Source: an uncultured Chloroflexia bacterium (GTDB taxonomy: Bacteria > Chloroflexota > Limnocylindria > Limnocylindrales > CSP1-4). Taken from it: a DNA stretch of 64,000 bases. Of this stretch, positions 1 to 9,261 are shown one piece after another. The stretch is taken from positions 210,607 through 274,606 of the forward strand of contig CAVSKS010000002.1 in assembly GCA_963728605.1 (NCBI GenBank), read 5' to 3'. Within the stretch, counting starts at the first letter, position 1, and the number at the start of each line of letters is the position of its first letter. The position numbers and the translations under genes were made by a program. The notes below the pieces were generated by a model, which worked only from the letters and a program-made list of their open reading frames with translations, did not search any database and was not told the DNA's origin.

Positions 1-1
1 G

Positions 2-772
2 CACAACCGTCAGGTCGATCCCCGGCTGGCCGTTCCGCTCGCCATCCTTGCCATGACCACGCTGTTCGGCGCGATCGCCACGGGCACGCGCATGTCGCTG
101 ATCGCCCTCATCGTCGGTGGGGTCGGCGCGCTGGTCCTCAACCGGAGCTGGCGCTCGCCTGCCGGCGCCGCCCGCGTAGCAGGCTGGGTGGGGCTGGCCG
201 CAGCCGTGACGTTCGCGGCGACCCTGACGACGGCCGGAGGGGGTCGGACGATCTCGACGGTGACCGATGTCGGCAACACGATCGACATCGTCACCGACAT
301 CGACAACACCGACGATTCAGAGGTCAGGACCCGCAGCGAGTTCTGGGATCAGGCGATCAGGATGGCAATGAGCCAACCGTTGACCGGCGTTGGGCCCTTC
401 CAGTGGAACATCGAGCGCTACGCCCTCGACGATACGGCGCCAGTCCTCGTCGCGAATCCCCACAACACGTACCTGCAGGTCGCCGCCGAATACGGGTTCG
501 TGGTCCTGGCCGCCTTTGTCGCGCTCCTTGTCCTGGTTCTCCTGGCGATCGCCATCACCCAGCTGAGACGCTCATCCACGAGCGCCCGGGCCTGGAGCGC
601 CGCGCTGATCGCCGGCGTCGCGGCCGCCATCCCGGTGACCGAGCTCACGAATTCCCACCTGTTCAACGTGCGGCTAGGCGCCTTCGCGTGGCTGCTGCTC
701 GCCGCCGCCCTCGCCATCGCGCTGGCCGACGCGGCCGAACGGCGGAACACCCGGGCCTCGCCTGCGCCGTGA
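2..772 (+). CDS. O-antigen ligase/Wzy-like membrane protein (5' end outside window)
   Basis: Multi-TM protein with R..FW..A...PLTGVG and PHNTYLQ..AEYG motifs of the Wzy_C family; frame is open to the window edge. Confidence 0.85.
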   Translation, partial: HNRQVDPRLAVPLAILAMTTLFGAIATGTRMSLIALIVGGVGALVLNRSWRSPAGAARVAGWVGLAAAVTFAATLTTAGGGRTISTVTDVGNTIDIVTDIDNTDDSEVRTRSEFWDQAIRMAMSQPLTGVGPFQWNIERYALDDTAPVLVANPHNTYLQVAAEYGFVVLAAFVALLVLVLLAIAITQLRRSSTSARAWSAALIAGVAAAIPVTELTNSHLFNVRLGAFAWLLLAAALAIALADAAERRNTRASPAP

Positions 773-2268
773 AATCCGGCTGGATCGAGGCACGCGACTG
801 GGCCGAAACGCAGGCCCAGTCCTGGTTCCTGCCGGATGACCCACCGCTCGAGGTCGGCGGGGTCGAGATCGGCTGGCCGCTGCAGGTCGACGCCTTCGAA
901 GCGTTCCTGCGGATCGCCGTCGGCGTCGGGAACATCACCTCCGATCACCATGGCTTCTCGTTCACCAGAACGGCAAAGCAACGCGGCCTCGACCGGGCGC
1001 TGCGAGCGCACGCGATGCGCCTCATGGGGCGAGCCGGGCTCCCACGGCGGCAACCAAACGGCACCCTCTTCGTGAGCGAGCTCCCAACGCCGTCGATGCT
1101 CGAGCCGTCGGTCCGCGTCGCCCAGGCGATGCCCCGCGAACGCACGGCCGTCGCCGCGGCAGACCCCCGCGTCCTGCGTCACTGGCGTGACCGCAGCATT
1201 CCCGCAAGCCCGATCCTGCTCCCCTGGCTCGAGGAGCGCCGGCTCCTGGCCCGCGCCCGCCGGGCGGCGAAGGCGGCGGTCTCCGCATTCACGGCGCGCC
1301 AGCCGTTGTTCGAGTTCAACGGCAGCGATGTCACGGAACCGGCCGTCAGCGCGCTCCGCAGCCTGATCCTCAACTCCGCACCATGGCTTGCCATCGAGCT
1401 GCGCGCCCTGCGCCGCATCGTCGCCGCCTGCCACCCGGCGACGATCGTGGTGGCGACGGATCAGCACCGGATCGGCCGGCTCGCCGTGACCGCCGCGAAG
1501 GGCAGCGGAACAAAGGTCGTGGTGTTGCAGCACGGCCTCCCGCAGACGCCGATCGGGTTTCTGCCCCTCGTCGCGGACGAGATCTGCGTCTGGTCCGATG
1601 GCGTCCGGGACTGGTTCACGGCACGCGGCGTGGACGCGGCCCGGGTCCGGGTCCTTGGGAATCCTCGCCTGGACGACCTGGTCGAGCTCGACCGGCGAAC
1701 GACCCGCGATCGAATCGACGCGGAGCGCCGGATCACCGCCTCCCGGCGGCTCCTGGTCGTGCTCTCGCCGCTCGGCATCGACGCCAACCTCGCGGTCCTC
1801 CGGATCGCCATCGATGCCTGCCGGCAGGATCGTGGTCTGGGCTGCATCGTCAAGCTCCACCCGGGCGCGGGCGACCCCCGGCCGATGCTCCGGCTCATCA
1901 CCGGCGCCGGGCTCGGCCAGCGGATGGTCGTCGCGCGGCGCGAGTCCCTCGTGCCGCTCCTGCTGTGGGCCGACGTCACGTTCCTGTTCCGCTCGACGGT
2001 CGCCCTCGAGTCGCTCGCTGCGGGAACGCCCGTCGTGGTCGCCGATTACGGACCGGCCTCCATCGCTGACGACGAGCTCGCCGAGCTGGGCCTCCCGCGG
2101 GCTCGCTCAGGAGGCGATCTTGCCGGCCACGTCGGCGCACTCACCGATGGGCCCGCGCGAGAGGCCTTCTTCGGGGAGCGGCGGGAGTCGATGGAGCGGA
2201 TGACTGGACCGGTTGACGGCCAGGCCGCCGCTCGGATCGCCGCCTGCCTGGCGTCCGCAGGCGACTGA
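769..2268 (+). CDS. Polysaccharide biosynthesis protein, GT-B fold (capsule biosynthesis / glycerophosphotransferase-like)
   Basis: GTG overlaps upstream stop (GTGA); LQHG, GNPRLD, KLHP and STVALE...GTPV motifs. Confidence 0.65.
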   Translation: MKSGWIEARDWAETQAQSWFLPDDPPLEVGGVEIGWPLQVDAFEAFLRIAVGVGNITSDHHGFSFTRTAKQRGLDRALRAHAMRLMGRAGLPRRQPNGTLFVSELPTPSMLEPSVRVAQAMPRERTAVAAADPRVLRHWRDRSIPASPILLPWLEERRLLARARRAAKAAVSAFTARQPLFEFNGSDVTEPAVSALRSLILNSAPWLAIELRALRRIVAACHPATIVVATDQHRIGRLAVTAAKGSGTKVVVLQHGLPQTPIGFLPLVADEICVWSDGVRDWFTARGVDAARVRVLGNPRLDDLVELDRRTTRDRIDAERRITASRRLLVVLSPLGIDANLAVLRIAIDACRQDRGLGCIVKLHPGAGDPRPMLRLITGAGLGQRMVVARRESLVPLLLWADVTFLFRSTVALESLAAGTPVVVADYGPASIADDELAELGLPRARSGGDLAGHVGALTDGPAREAFFGERRESMERMTGPVDGQAAARIAACLASAGD

Positions 2269-2282
2269 CGGCCATTCCCGGC

Positions 2283-3272
2283 GTGCCGACCACCGAAGTG
2301 CCAGCCCGGGATCGCGGCCTCGTCATCGCCTGGATGCCGGTCAGCCGACGGAGCGAGACCCTCGCCGAGCGGCTCGGGTTCGACCTGCTGCTCCTGGGCC
2401 GATCGGGCTTCCGCCGGCCCTGGACGGCTCCGTTCGCGTATCCGGCGATGGCCGTCCGAACGGTCGCCGCGCTGGTGCGCCGTCGTCCGCGGGCGGCGGT
2501 CGTGGTGGCGCCTCCGTTCGTGGCGCCGCTCGTGGCCGTTCCGATCATGGTCGTGCTCCGCGGACGCCTTGCCGTCGACATCCACAGCGGGGCACTGCTT
2601 GATCGCCGCTGGCGGTGGGCCGTGCCAATCCTGGCCTGGCTGTGCCGGAGGTCCGAGTTGGCGTTGGTCACGCTCGACGACCTGGGGTCCCGGCTGCGGC
2701 GCATGGGGGTCGAGACGGCGACCGTGCCGGACCCGCTCCCCCGCTTCGACACGATGTTGCCACCGCGCCAACCCGGGAACCGGGTGGTTGCCATCTGCGG
2801 CTGGGGCGATGACGAGCCGATCGAGTCGCTCGTCGATGCCGCCCGCGGGAAGCCCTGGCAGTTGCGCATCACCGGCCGGCCGCGGCGGGCGCTCGACCTG
2901 CCGCCCAACGTCGAGCTCACCGGGTTCCTCGCCGATGACGCGTTCGTGCGCGCCGTCGCCGACGCCGACGTCGTCGTCGTCCTCACGACCCGCGATGCCA
3001 CGCTGCTCTCGGGGGCGTGGGAGGCGCTCGCCCTCGGCCGGCCCCTTGTCCTCTCCGCCACTAAGGCCCTCCGGGCGACGTTCGGCCCTGGCCCGACCTA
3101 CGTCGAGTCGACCCCGGCCGGCATCGCCGAGGGCATCCAACGGGTTCTCGCCGAGCCGTCGGCGGCCACGGCGGCGACGGTCGAGCTTCGCGATCGGTTT
3201 CAACGCGACAACGACGCGGCCCTGGCGGCCGTCGCGACCCGGCTCCTCAGACCCCGTCGTTCTCGCCCGTGA
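2283..3272 (+). CDS. Glycosyltransferase, GT4-like
   Basis: DIHSG N-terminal motif; C-terminal GAWEALALGRPLV. Confidence 0.75.
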   Translation: MPTTEVPARDRGLVIAWMPVSRRSETLAERLGFDLLLLGRSGFRRPWTAPFAYPAMAVRTVAALVRRRPRAAVVVAPPFVAPLVAVPIMVVLRGRLAVDIHSGALLDRRWRWAVPILAWLCRRSELALVTLDDLGSRLRRMGVETATVPDPLPRFDTMLPPRQPGNRVVAICGWGDDEPIESLVDAARGKPWQLRITGRPRRALDLPPNVELTGFLADDAFVRAVADADVVVVLTTRDATLLSGAWEALALGRPLVLSATKALRATFGPGPTYVESTPAGIAEGIQRVLAEPSAATAATVELRDRFQRDNDAALAAVATRLLRPRRSRP

Positions 3273-4374
3273 GCGCCAGGCGGAGGACCCGTTCCGCCCG
3301 ACCCCGGAGCACCGCGAGCCGTTCCGGATCGACCTGCGGCTGCTCGTCGGCGCCACCGACGATGTCCGCCACCGCCGCCCCGAGGCGGGCGTCGAGGCCA
3401 TCCAGCTGCGCCGGCATGGCGACGTCGAACGCGGTCAGACCGAGGTCCGCCGCGAGGGCCGATACCTTGGGTTCGTAGGCCAGGGCGATCGTCCGGCGAC
3501 CGTGCATGGCCGCGCACAGGACGGCGTGGTACCGCATCGCGATGACGAGGTCGGCCGCCGCCACGCGCGCGGTCAGGCCGTCCCAGTCGAGCGGGGCATC
3601 GACGATCTCCGCACCGGTCAGCTCCGCCTCGTGCAGCAGTTGGCGGGCCTCGTCCCGGTCTCTCGGCCAGTACAGGGGGACGAGCGCAACCTGCCAGCCG
3701 GCGGCACGAGCGATCCGGATCGCGTCCGCCACTGCCGCCCGCAGCCGCCGTCGGGCGGCCTGCCGCTCGGGGCCCTCGCCCAGGTACCAGGGGCGGATCG
3801 AGACGACGAGGCGGCGGGGCTCGCCGGCTGCTCGGGTGGGCGGTTGGCGCTCGGCCAGGGTGACGACCGGATCCGCGCCGACCGCAACGCGGGCCACCCC
3901 GAGGCGCGCCAGCTCGACCGCCGACGCCTCGTCCCGGACGGTGCGGATGGTCGCCAGCCGGCTCGTCGCCGCTACGAGCCAGCGCCCGATCCGTCGATGG
4001 ATCGGCCCGACGCCCACCGCCAGGAGCGCCACGGGTCGTCGCAGGAGCCGTGCCCACAGCGCCGTCAGCAGCAGCTCCACCGGCAGCCGGAGGCCCTCGT
4101 CCTTGAGGATGCCGCCGCCACCGAGGACTACTCGGTCTGCCTCGACGACCGCTCGCAGGTACCGCCAGACGCCGGCGCCGCGAACCGGCACAGCCCGCGG
4201 GTCGGACGACGGGCCCCGCGTCGCGAACCGGACGATGTCGACGCCGAGCCGGTCGGCGGCACGCTCGACGGCCAGACGGATCGCCTCGTCGCCCACGTTG
4301 TTGGTGCCGTAGTAGCCGACCAGGAAGACGCGGGGGCGTCGCGCCGGGGACCGCGCGTCGGATTGGTCATTCAC
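3247..4374 (-). CDS. csaB: Polysaccharide pyruvyltransferase, CsaB-like
   Basis: GYYG.NNVGDEAI, GGGG.L.D, VRDE.S, ADP, MRYHA and YEPKV motifs; GTG start overlaps upstream stop. Confidence 0.85.
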   Translation of the reverse strand: MNDQSDARSPARRPRVFLVGYYGTNNVGDEAIRLAVERAADRLGVDIVRFATRGPSSDPRAVPVRGAGVWRYLRAVVEADRVVLGGGGILKDEGLRLPVELLLTALWARLLRRPVALLAVGVGPIHRRIGRWLVAATSRLATIRTVRDEASAVELARLGVARVAVGADPVVTLAERQPPTRAAGEPRRLVVSIRPWYLGEGPERQAARRRLRAAVADAIRIARAAGWQVALVPLYWPRDRDEARQLLHEAELTGAEIVDAPLDWDGLTARVAAADLVIAMRYHAVLCAAMHGRRTIALAYEPKVSALAADLGLTAFDVAMPAQLDGLDARLGAAVADIVGGADEQPQVDPERLAVLRGRAERVLRLALTGENDGV

Positions 4375-5882
4375 CCTGGCTGGGCGGGGCGTTCCGCGCG
4401 GGCCGCCAGGGTCGAGGATCGATGTCCAAGCGACATGAACGCGATGAGCACGGCGAGGGCGAACGGTCCATACCCGCCGGACGCATAGGACTGGGTGACG
4501 GTGAGGACGAGAACGGCCAGCCAGGCGATTCCGAACCATCGGCGGTGCCGGTCCCGCGGTCGCCGCATCACCTCCACCAGTGGCCACCCCACCAGCAGGA
4601 CGAAGGCGGCGGCACCGACGATGCCGGCCTTCATCGCCACCGTCATGTACGCGTTGTCGACGGCGGGTTGCATGCCGAGGGTCGACGGCCTCGCGCCGCC
4701 GGGGGTGAAGGTGTACTGGACGAGCGTCCCCAGACCGTGTCCGCGGAATGGCTGCTCGGCGATCAGCTCATGGGCTGCCGCGTACGTGGCACCCCGGCCG
4801 CGGGCGATCGCGTCGAGCCCCGAGTTCGGGGCCTGGAAGAAGAGCCGTGCCAGCGGATCGTCGCCCCCGCCCCCGATCGAGACCGCGCTGACCACGAGGC
4901 CGCCCATGACCCCGGCCACGGCGACCGCCAGGAAACCGCCGACGACGACGACCCGGCCGAGGGACCGGTCCGTTCGCCGGGCGGCCAGGTGCTCGCCGAT
5001 GAAGATCAGGACGGACAGACCCACGACACCGGCCAGGGCGAAGATCGACATCCGGGTCAGGGACAGGGCGATGCCGCCGCCGAGCAGGGCGAACCACGCG
5101 GCGCGAGGCCATGACGGTGCACCCAGCAGTCGGTGGAGGACCCACGCGGCCGCGACGATCACGAACGTGTTGTTGCTGAATTGCAGCCGCAGGAGGCCCC
5201 GATCGTAGGTGATGGCCCGATCCTTTAGGCCGCCGTCGAAGGCCGGCAGGACCGCCGTCACCAGGAGCAGCACGGCGTAGATCGTCGCCCCGACGAGCAG
5301 CCCTCGCACGATCGTGGACCGGGTCGTGCCCGTCCACAGCACGAACGGCACCAAGCCGTAGAGCATCCACCAGCGCGCGTCACGGAGGATGTCCCGCTGG
5401 GCCTGGCCATCCGTGAAGCCGACGATCAGGGCGACGAGACCGACCACCAGCCAGAGCCCGGTGATCGGCACCAGCGCCGGCCGGATCGTGGCCCGCCGGA
5501 GCGAGGGCAGGACCAGCAGGCCGGTCGCCAGGATCACGCCGTCATGGAACCGGAGTGGCACACCGGCGAGCTCCGCGAGGTCATTGTCGGCGGCTCTGCC
5601 GAACGGGACGGCGACGAACACGAGCAGGCCCGCCGCGATGGGGCCGAGCTTCCTCGACCGGCTGAGGCCGATCACGGCGATGAATCCCAGGACGGGCCGC
5701 AGGAGCGTTGGCGGCATTGTCACCGTCAGCACCAGGGCCACCGCCAGGCTCCCGAGCCCGACGAGCACGAGCGGATCGGCGCTCCGTGCGCTCTGGCGCA
5801 GGGCCGCCACCTCGCTCTGGAGGCGACCAACCATCGCGGAACGGCGCCCGGCGTTCGAGCGCGGGGCAAGCGGCGAGGTCAT
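4371..5882 (-). CDS. O-antigen ligase/Wzy polymerase-like membrane protein
   Basis: About 12 hydrophobic segments; SLTR, PFRGHGLG and DNAY....KAGIVG motifs. Confidence 0.8.
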   Translation of the reverse strand: MTSPLAPRSNAGRRSAMVGRLQSEVAALRQSARSADPLVLVGLGSLAVALVLTVTMPPTLLRPVLGFIAVIGLSRSRKLGPIAAGLLVFVAVPFGRAADNDLAELAGVPLRFHDGVILATGLLVLPSLRRATIRPALVPITGLWLVVGLVALIVGFTDGQAQRDILRDARWWMLYGLVPFVLWTGTTRSTIVRGLLVGATIYAVLLLVTAVLPAFDGGLKDRAITYDRGLLRLQFSNNTFVIVAAAWVLHRLLGAPSWPRAAWFALLGGGIALSLTRMSIFALAGVVGLSVLIFIGEHLAARRTDRSLGRVVVVGGFLAVAVAGVMGGLVVSAVSIGGGGDDPLARLFFQAPNSGLDAIARGRGATYAAAHELIAEQPFRGHGLGTLVQYTFTPGGARPSTLGMQPAVDNAYMTVAMKAGIVGAAAFVLLVGWPLVEVMRRPRDRHRRWFGIAWLAVLVLTVTQSYASGGYGPFALAVLIAFMSLGHRSSTLAARAERPAQPG

Positions 5883-5929
5883 CGGCTCCCAGTGTCGTAC
5901 ATCGGGCCCACGGAGGACGGTCGCGAGGC

Positions 5930-7276
5930 TCAGGCGACGCCCGCGCCGCCGGGGTCGCTCGCGGCGACCTCCGGTGCGATCCCGGATCCGAAGTCCGGAT
6001 GCCGCACGGTGAAGGCGCCAAGCAGCAGCATGGCGACCGCGGCGCCGATCCCGGTGGCGCCGATGGCGCCGACCGCCCCGAGCTGGCGCGTCAGGACGGT
6101 GTGGGCGAGCGCGGCCGTCACGGCGCCCGTGACCAGGCAGAAGGCCGGGACCGTCGGTCGACCCGTTCCCATCCACCACTGGCTGAGGACCGAGTAGATC
6201 CCCAGCAGCCCAACGACGAGCGCAAGGGCCGGCAGGAGTTCCACGGCCCCGGCGTAGGCCGCCGGAAACACCGTGTCGACGACCATCCTGCCCAGGACGG
6301 CATACGCCGCGACGCCGACGATGGCAAGCGCGACCGTCCCACCGACCGCTCGCAGCAGCAAAGCTCGCCGGGCCGGCTCTCCGAGGCCGGCGGCGTGCGG
6401 CAGGACGATGGTGCCGATGGCGAACGAGACGAGCGTCATCGGCATCGCCAGGGCGCGCGCGGCGCCGTAATCCGCGAGCTGCGCCGGCGCGAACGCGCGC
6501 ACGAAGAACACGTCGAGACCCAGGATGGCGGCATAGGCCGTTCCGGAAACCAGTGCCGGCACGGCGAACCGGGTCAGCTCGGCCACTGCGGCACGGCTGA
6601 TCCGGGCCTCCCCCGGGCCGCGACGGACGAGCTCCCTGGCCGGGCCGATGATCAGCTCGATGATCACGATCGGCACCAGGTAGACCGCCGCGTAAATGCC
6701 GACCAGGACCGGGACGCTGGCCATCTCCATGGAGACGGCCAGGCCGAGGAGCACGAGCTGCGCCAGGTTGGCGCTGATGCGATAGGCGACCAGCAGGCCG
6801 AACCGGCGAAGTCCGCGGAGGATCCCGAAGTAGTAGGCGTCCACGGACAGGCCAACGATGACCATCGTGATCAGGAACGACATGAGGTCGGCACCCGCGG
6901 CAAGCGCCTCACCCAGGACGACGGCGGCCGCCAGGAGCGGCAAGCCGGCGACGACCGCCGACGCGACCAGGTCGGTGCGCCGACCGGGCCGGGCGAGGGA
7001 GCGCGTCATCGCGGTCGGGTAGCCGGCAAGGACGAGCTCGCCGGCCGTGAAACCGGTCGTGATGAAGAAGTACACCGCGGCAAAGTCGGCCCGACCCGTG
7101 GCCCGGGCCACGAGGACCGGGAACAGGAAGCCCAGGCCGCGCGCGACCAAGTTGCCGAAGAAGACGACGGTCGCGCTCAGGACGACGGATCCGGTCTCCA
7201 TTCGCTTCGGCGGCCCGCCCGGTCCGATGGGTTCGTCCCGCTCGTCATCGAGTTGGATCCCCGCCGATCGCGTCAC
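5930..7276 (-). CDS. Oligosaccharide flippase (Wzx/MOP family)
   Basis: Multi-TM protein with pattern FAVP...LDVFFV...ADYGAA; lies in polysaccharide operon; GTGA overlap. Confidence 0.8.
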   Translation of the reverse strand: MTRSAGIQLDDERDEPIGPGGPPKRMETGSVVLSATVVFFGNLVARGLGFLFPVLVARATGRADFAAVYFFITTGFTAGELVLAGYPTAMTRSLARPGRRTDLVASAVVAGLPLLAAAVVLGEALAAGADLMSFLITMVIVGLSVDAYYFGILRGLRRFGLLVAYRISANLAQLVLLGLAVSMEMASVPVLVGIYAAVYLVPIVIIELIIGPARELVRRGPGEARISRAAVAELTRFAVPALVSGTAYAAILGLDVFFVRAFAPAQLADYGAARALAMPMTLVSFAIGTIVLPHAAGLGEPARRALLLRAVGGTVALAIVGVAAYAVLGRMVVDTVFPAAYAGAVELLPALALVVGLLGIYSVLSQWWMGTGRPTVPAFCLVTGAVTAALAHTVLTRQLGAVGAIGATGIGAAVAMLLLGAFTVRHPDFGSGIAPEVAASDPGGAGVA

Positions 7277-9180
7277 GGGCGGCGCCGGACCACCGTTCGG
7301 ATCACCAGCCACAGGAACCGCGTCCCGTCGTACGTGTACCGTCGCCACATCCGACCCGGCTCCTGGATCATCCGGAACATCCATTCGAGCCCCGCCCGCT
7401 GCATCCAGCGGGGCGCGCGGCGGACGAGTCCGCCGTAGACGTCGAAGGAACCGCCCACGCCCATCACGAACGACGCGCCGATCCGTTCCTTCCAGCGGCC
7501 GAGAAAGTGCTCCTTGGCCGGGGAGGGAATCCCCACGAGGAGGATGGTGGGACGAGTCGCGGCGATCGCGTCGACCATCGCTTCCTCCTCCTCCTCGGTC
7601 CAGTAGCCCTCGCGCCAGCCCACGATGCGGAGGCGTGGATGATCGTGGGCGAGGCGCTCGACGACGGCGGAGACGACCGACTTTCGCGCGCCCAGGAGAT
7701 AGACCCCGTAGCCCGCCTTCTCGGCCCGCTCGAACAGCCGGATCATGAGATCCACCCCGGTCACCCGCTCCGGCAAGGGCCGCCCCAGGAGCCGCGCGGC
7801 CCAGACGATCGGCTGGCCATCGGCGTTGACGAGGTCGCAGCTGTTCACGATGGCCCGGAATTCGGGGTCCTCGCTGGCCTGGACCACCTTCGCAACGTTC
7901 ACGACGACGTGCTGGTGGGTGCCACCCTCGGCGATCATCGCGTCGATCGCGTCGAGCGTCTCCTCCATCGTCAACGCGTCGATGTCGAGTCCGAAGAGGG
8001 TCACCCTTCGCCCGGCGTCACGGGTGACCGTGCCAGGCGCAGCGACCGTCGCAGGGCGGGCTCGAAGGCGATCGAACAGCCCCTCGTACTCATCGGTGAC
8101 GTGGCGCCATGAGAACTGCTCCTCGGCGCGCGCCGCAGCCGCACGCGCAAGCTCCTCCCGTGTCCCCGGTTGTGCCACCAGCGTGGTGATCTGTTCGGCA
8201 AGGGACGTCGCGTCGTTGCGCTCGTAATACCAGCCCGCGTCGCCCAGCACCTCGCTGTGTTCCGGCACGCGATTGGCGACGATCGTCGCTCCGCGACCCA
8301 TCGCCTCGACCAGGGCCGGGTGGGTTCCGCCTACCTCTGTTGCCTGCACGTACAGCAGCGCGTTCGACTGGAGCTCGACGTAGCCGTCGCCAAAAACGTA
8401 GCCGGGCATGATCACGCCCGGGGTATCGGCGGCGAGATGCTCGATGCGCTCCCGGTACGCGGTGGCGTACGGCGCGTCGCCGACCAGGACGAGGGGCACA
8501 CCCAGCCCCTCGAGTCCGCCGGCCCGACGGTAGCCCTCGACCACCGTGTGGGCGTGGTTCTCGGGCTCGAATCGGCTGACGTACAGGATGAAGCGCCCCG
8601 GCTCCAGGCCGAGGCGCTCGATCGTGGCGCCGGGTGGCAGCCGCCGGCTGTCGCTGCCGTAGGGGATGAACGCCGTCGACTTCCCGAACCGGTCGTGGTA
8701 GTAGCGGGCGATGACCTGGGCGTCGGTGACGAGGGTGATCGGCAGCTTCGGCGACAGCCAGGCACAGGCCTGGTAGTACCAGCGCCCGACTCGGCTCCAC
8801 TTCTCGCGGTGCCACTCGAGCCCATCGACGTTCAGCGCCACTTTGGCCCCCGTGATGCGGGGCACGATGGCGAACGGGGCGTTGGCGTTGTTGCAGATGA
8901 GAACGATGTCGAATCGGCGAAACAGGCCGTCGAAGACGGAGACCGCGGTATGCACGACGGTGTCGAGGTATTTGTGCCGGATCGTCGGGAGGACCCGGAG
9001 CCGCATCCCCCGGTGCCGGCGGAGGCCGCTCGGAACCACGTGTGAGCGGCCGTAGACGGTGACGTCGTAGCCGCGATCCGCCAGCCGCGCCCCGAGCTCC
9101 TCGGCGAACGTCTCGAATCCGCCATAGGCCGCGGGCACGCCACGCGTTCCCATGATGGCGATTCGGGAGGGATTGCTCAC
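7273..9180 (-). CDS. Fused GT4 (DUF1972-type) + WecB/TagA/CpsF (GT26) glycosyltransferase
   Basis: N-half: GTRGVPAAYGGFETF, NVDGLEW, VGGTHPALVEAM. C-half: NADGQPIVWA..LPERVTGVDL, GVGGSFD, RAPRWMQRAGLEW. Confidence 0.9.
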   Translation of the reverse strand: MSNPSRIAIMGTRGVPAAYGGFETFAEELGARLADRGYDVTVYGRSHVVPSGLRRHRGMRLRVLPTIRHKYLDTVVHTAVSVFDGLFRRFDIVLICNNANAPFAIVPRITGAKVALNVDGLEWHREKWSRVGRWYYQACAWLSPKLPITLVTDAQVIARYYHDRFGKSTAFIPYGSDSRRLPPGATIERLGLEPGRFILYVSRFEPENHAHTVVEGYRRAGGLEGLGVPLVLVGDAPYATAYRERIEHLAADTPGVIMPGYVFGDGYVELQSNALLYVQATEVGGTHPALVEAMGRGATIVANRVPEHSEVLGDAGWYYERNDATSLAEQITTLVAQPGTREELARAAAARAEEQFSWRHVTDEYEGLFDRLRARPATVAAPGTVTRDAGRRVTLFGLDIDALTMEETLDAIDAMIAEGGTHQHVVVNVAKVVQASEDPEFRAIVNSCDLVNADGQPIVWAARLLGRPLPERVTGVDLMIRLFERAEKAGYGVYLLGARKSVVSAVVERLAHDHPRLRIVGWREGYWTEEEEEAMVDAIAATRPTILLVGIPSPAKEHFLGRWKERIGASFVMGVGGSFDVYGGLVRRAPRWMQRAGLEWMFRMIQEPGRMWRRYTYDGTRFLWLVIRTVVRRRP

Positions 9181-9261
9181 CGGGCGACGTTAGCAGCACG
9201 CCGTGGCAGCCGCCCGCCTGGCTCGATTCGGCATGACAACCGGAACAATCCGGCGCGACCG

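Noticed and set aside
2569-4488. Long overlapping ORFs (e.g. 2569-4488 +, 5708-7438 +, 14527-16239 -, 21792-23525 +, 24988-27264 +, 58417-60300 +)
   Set aside because: These are shadow ORFs of high-GC codon bias: Arg/Pro/Gly-rich, motif-free, and overlapping well-supported genes
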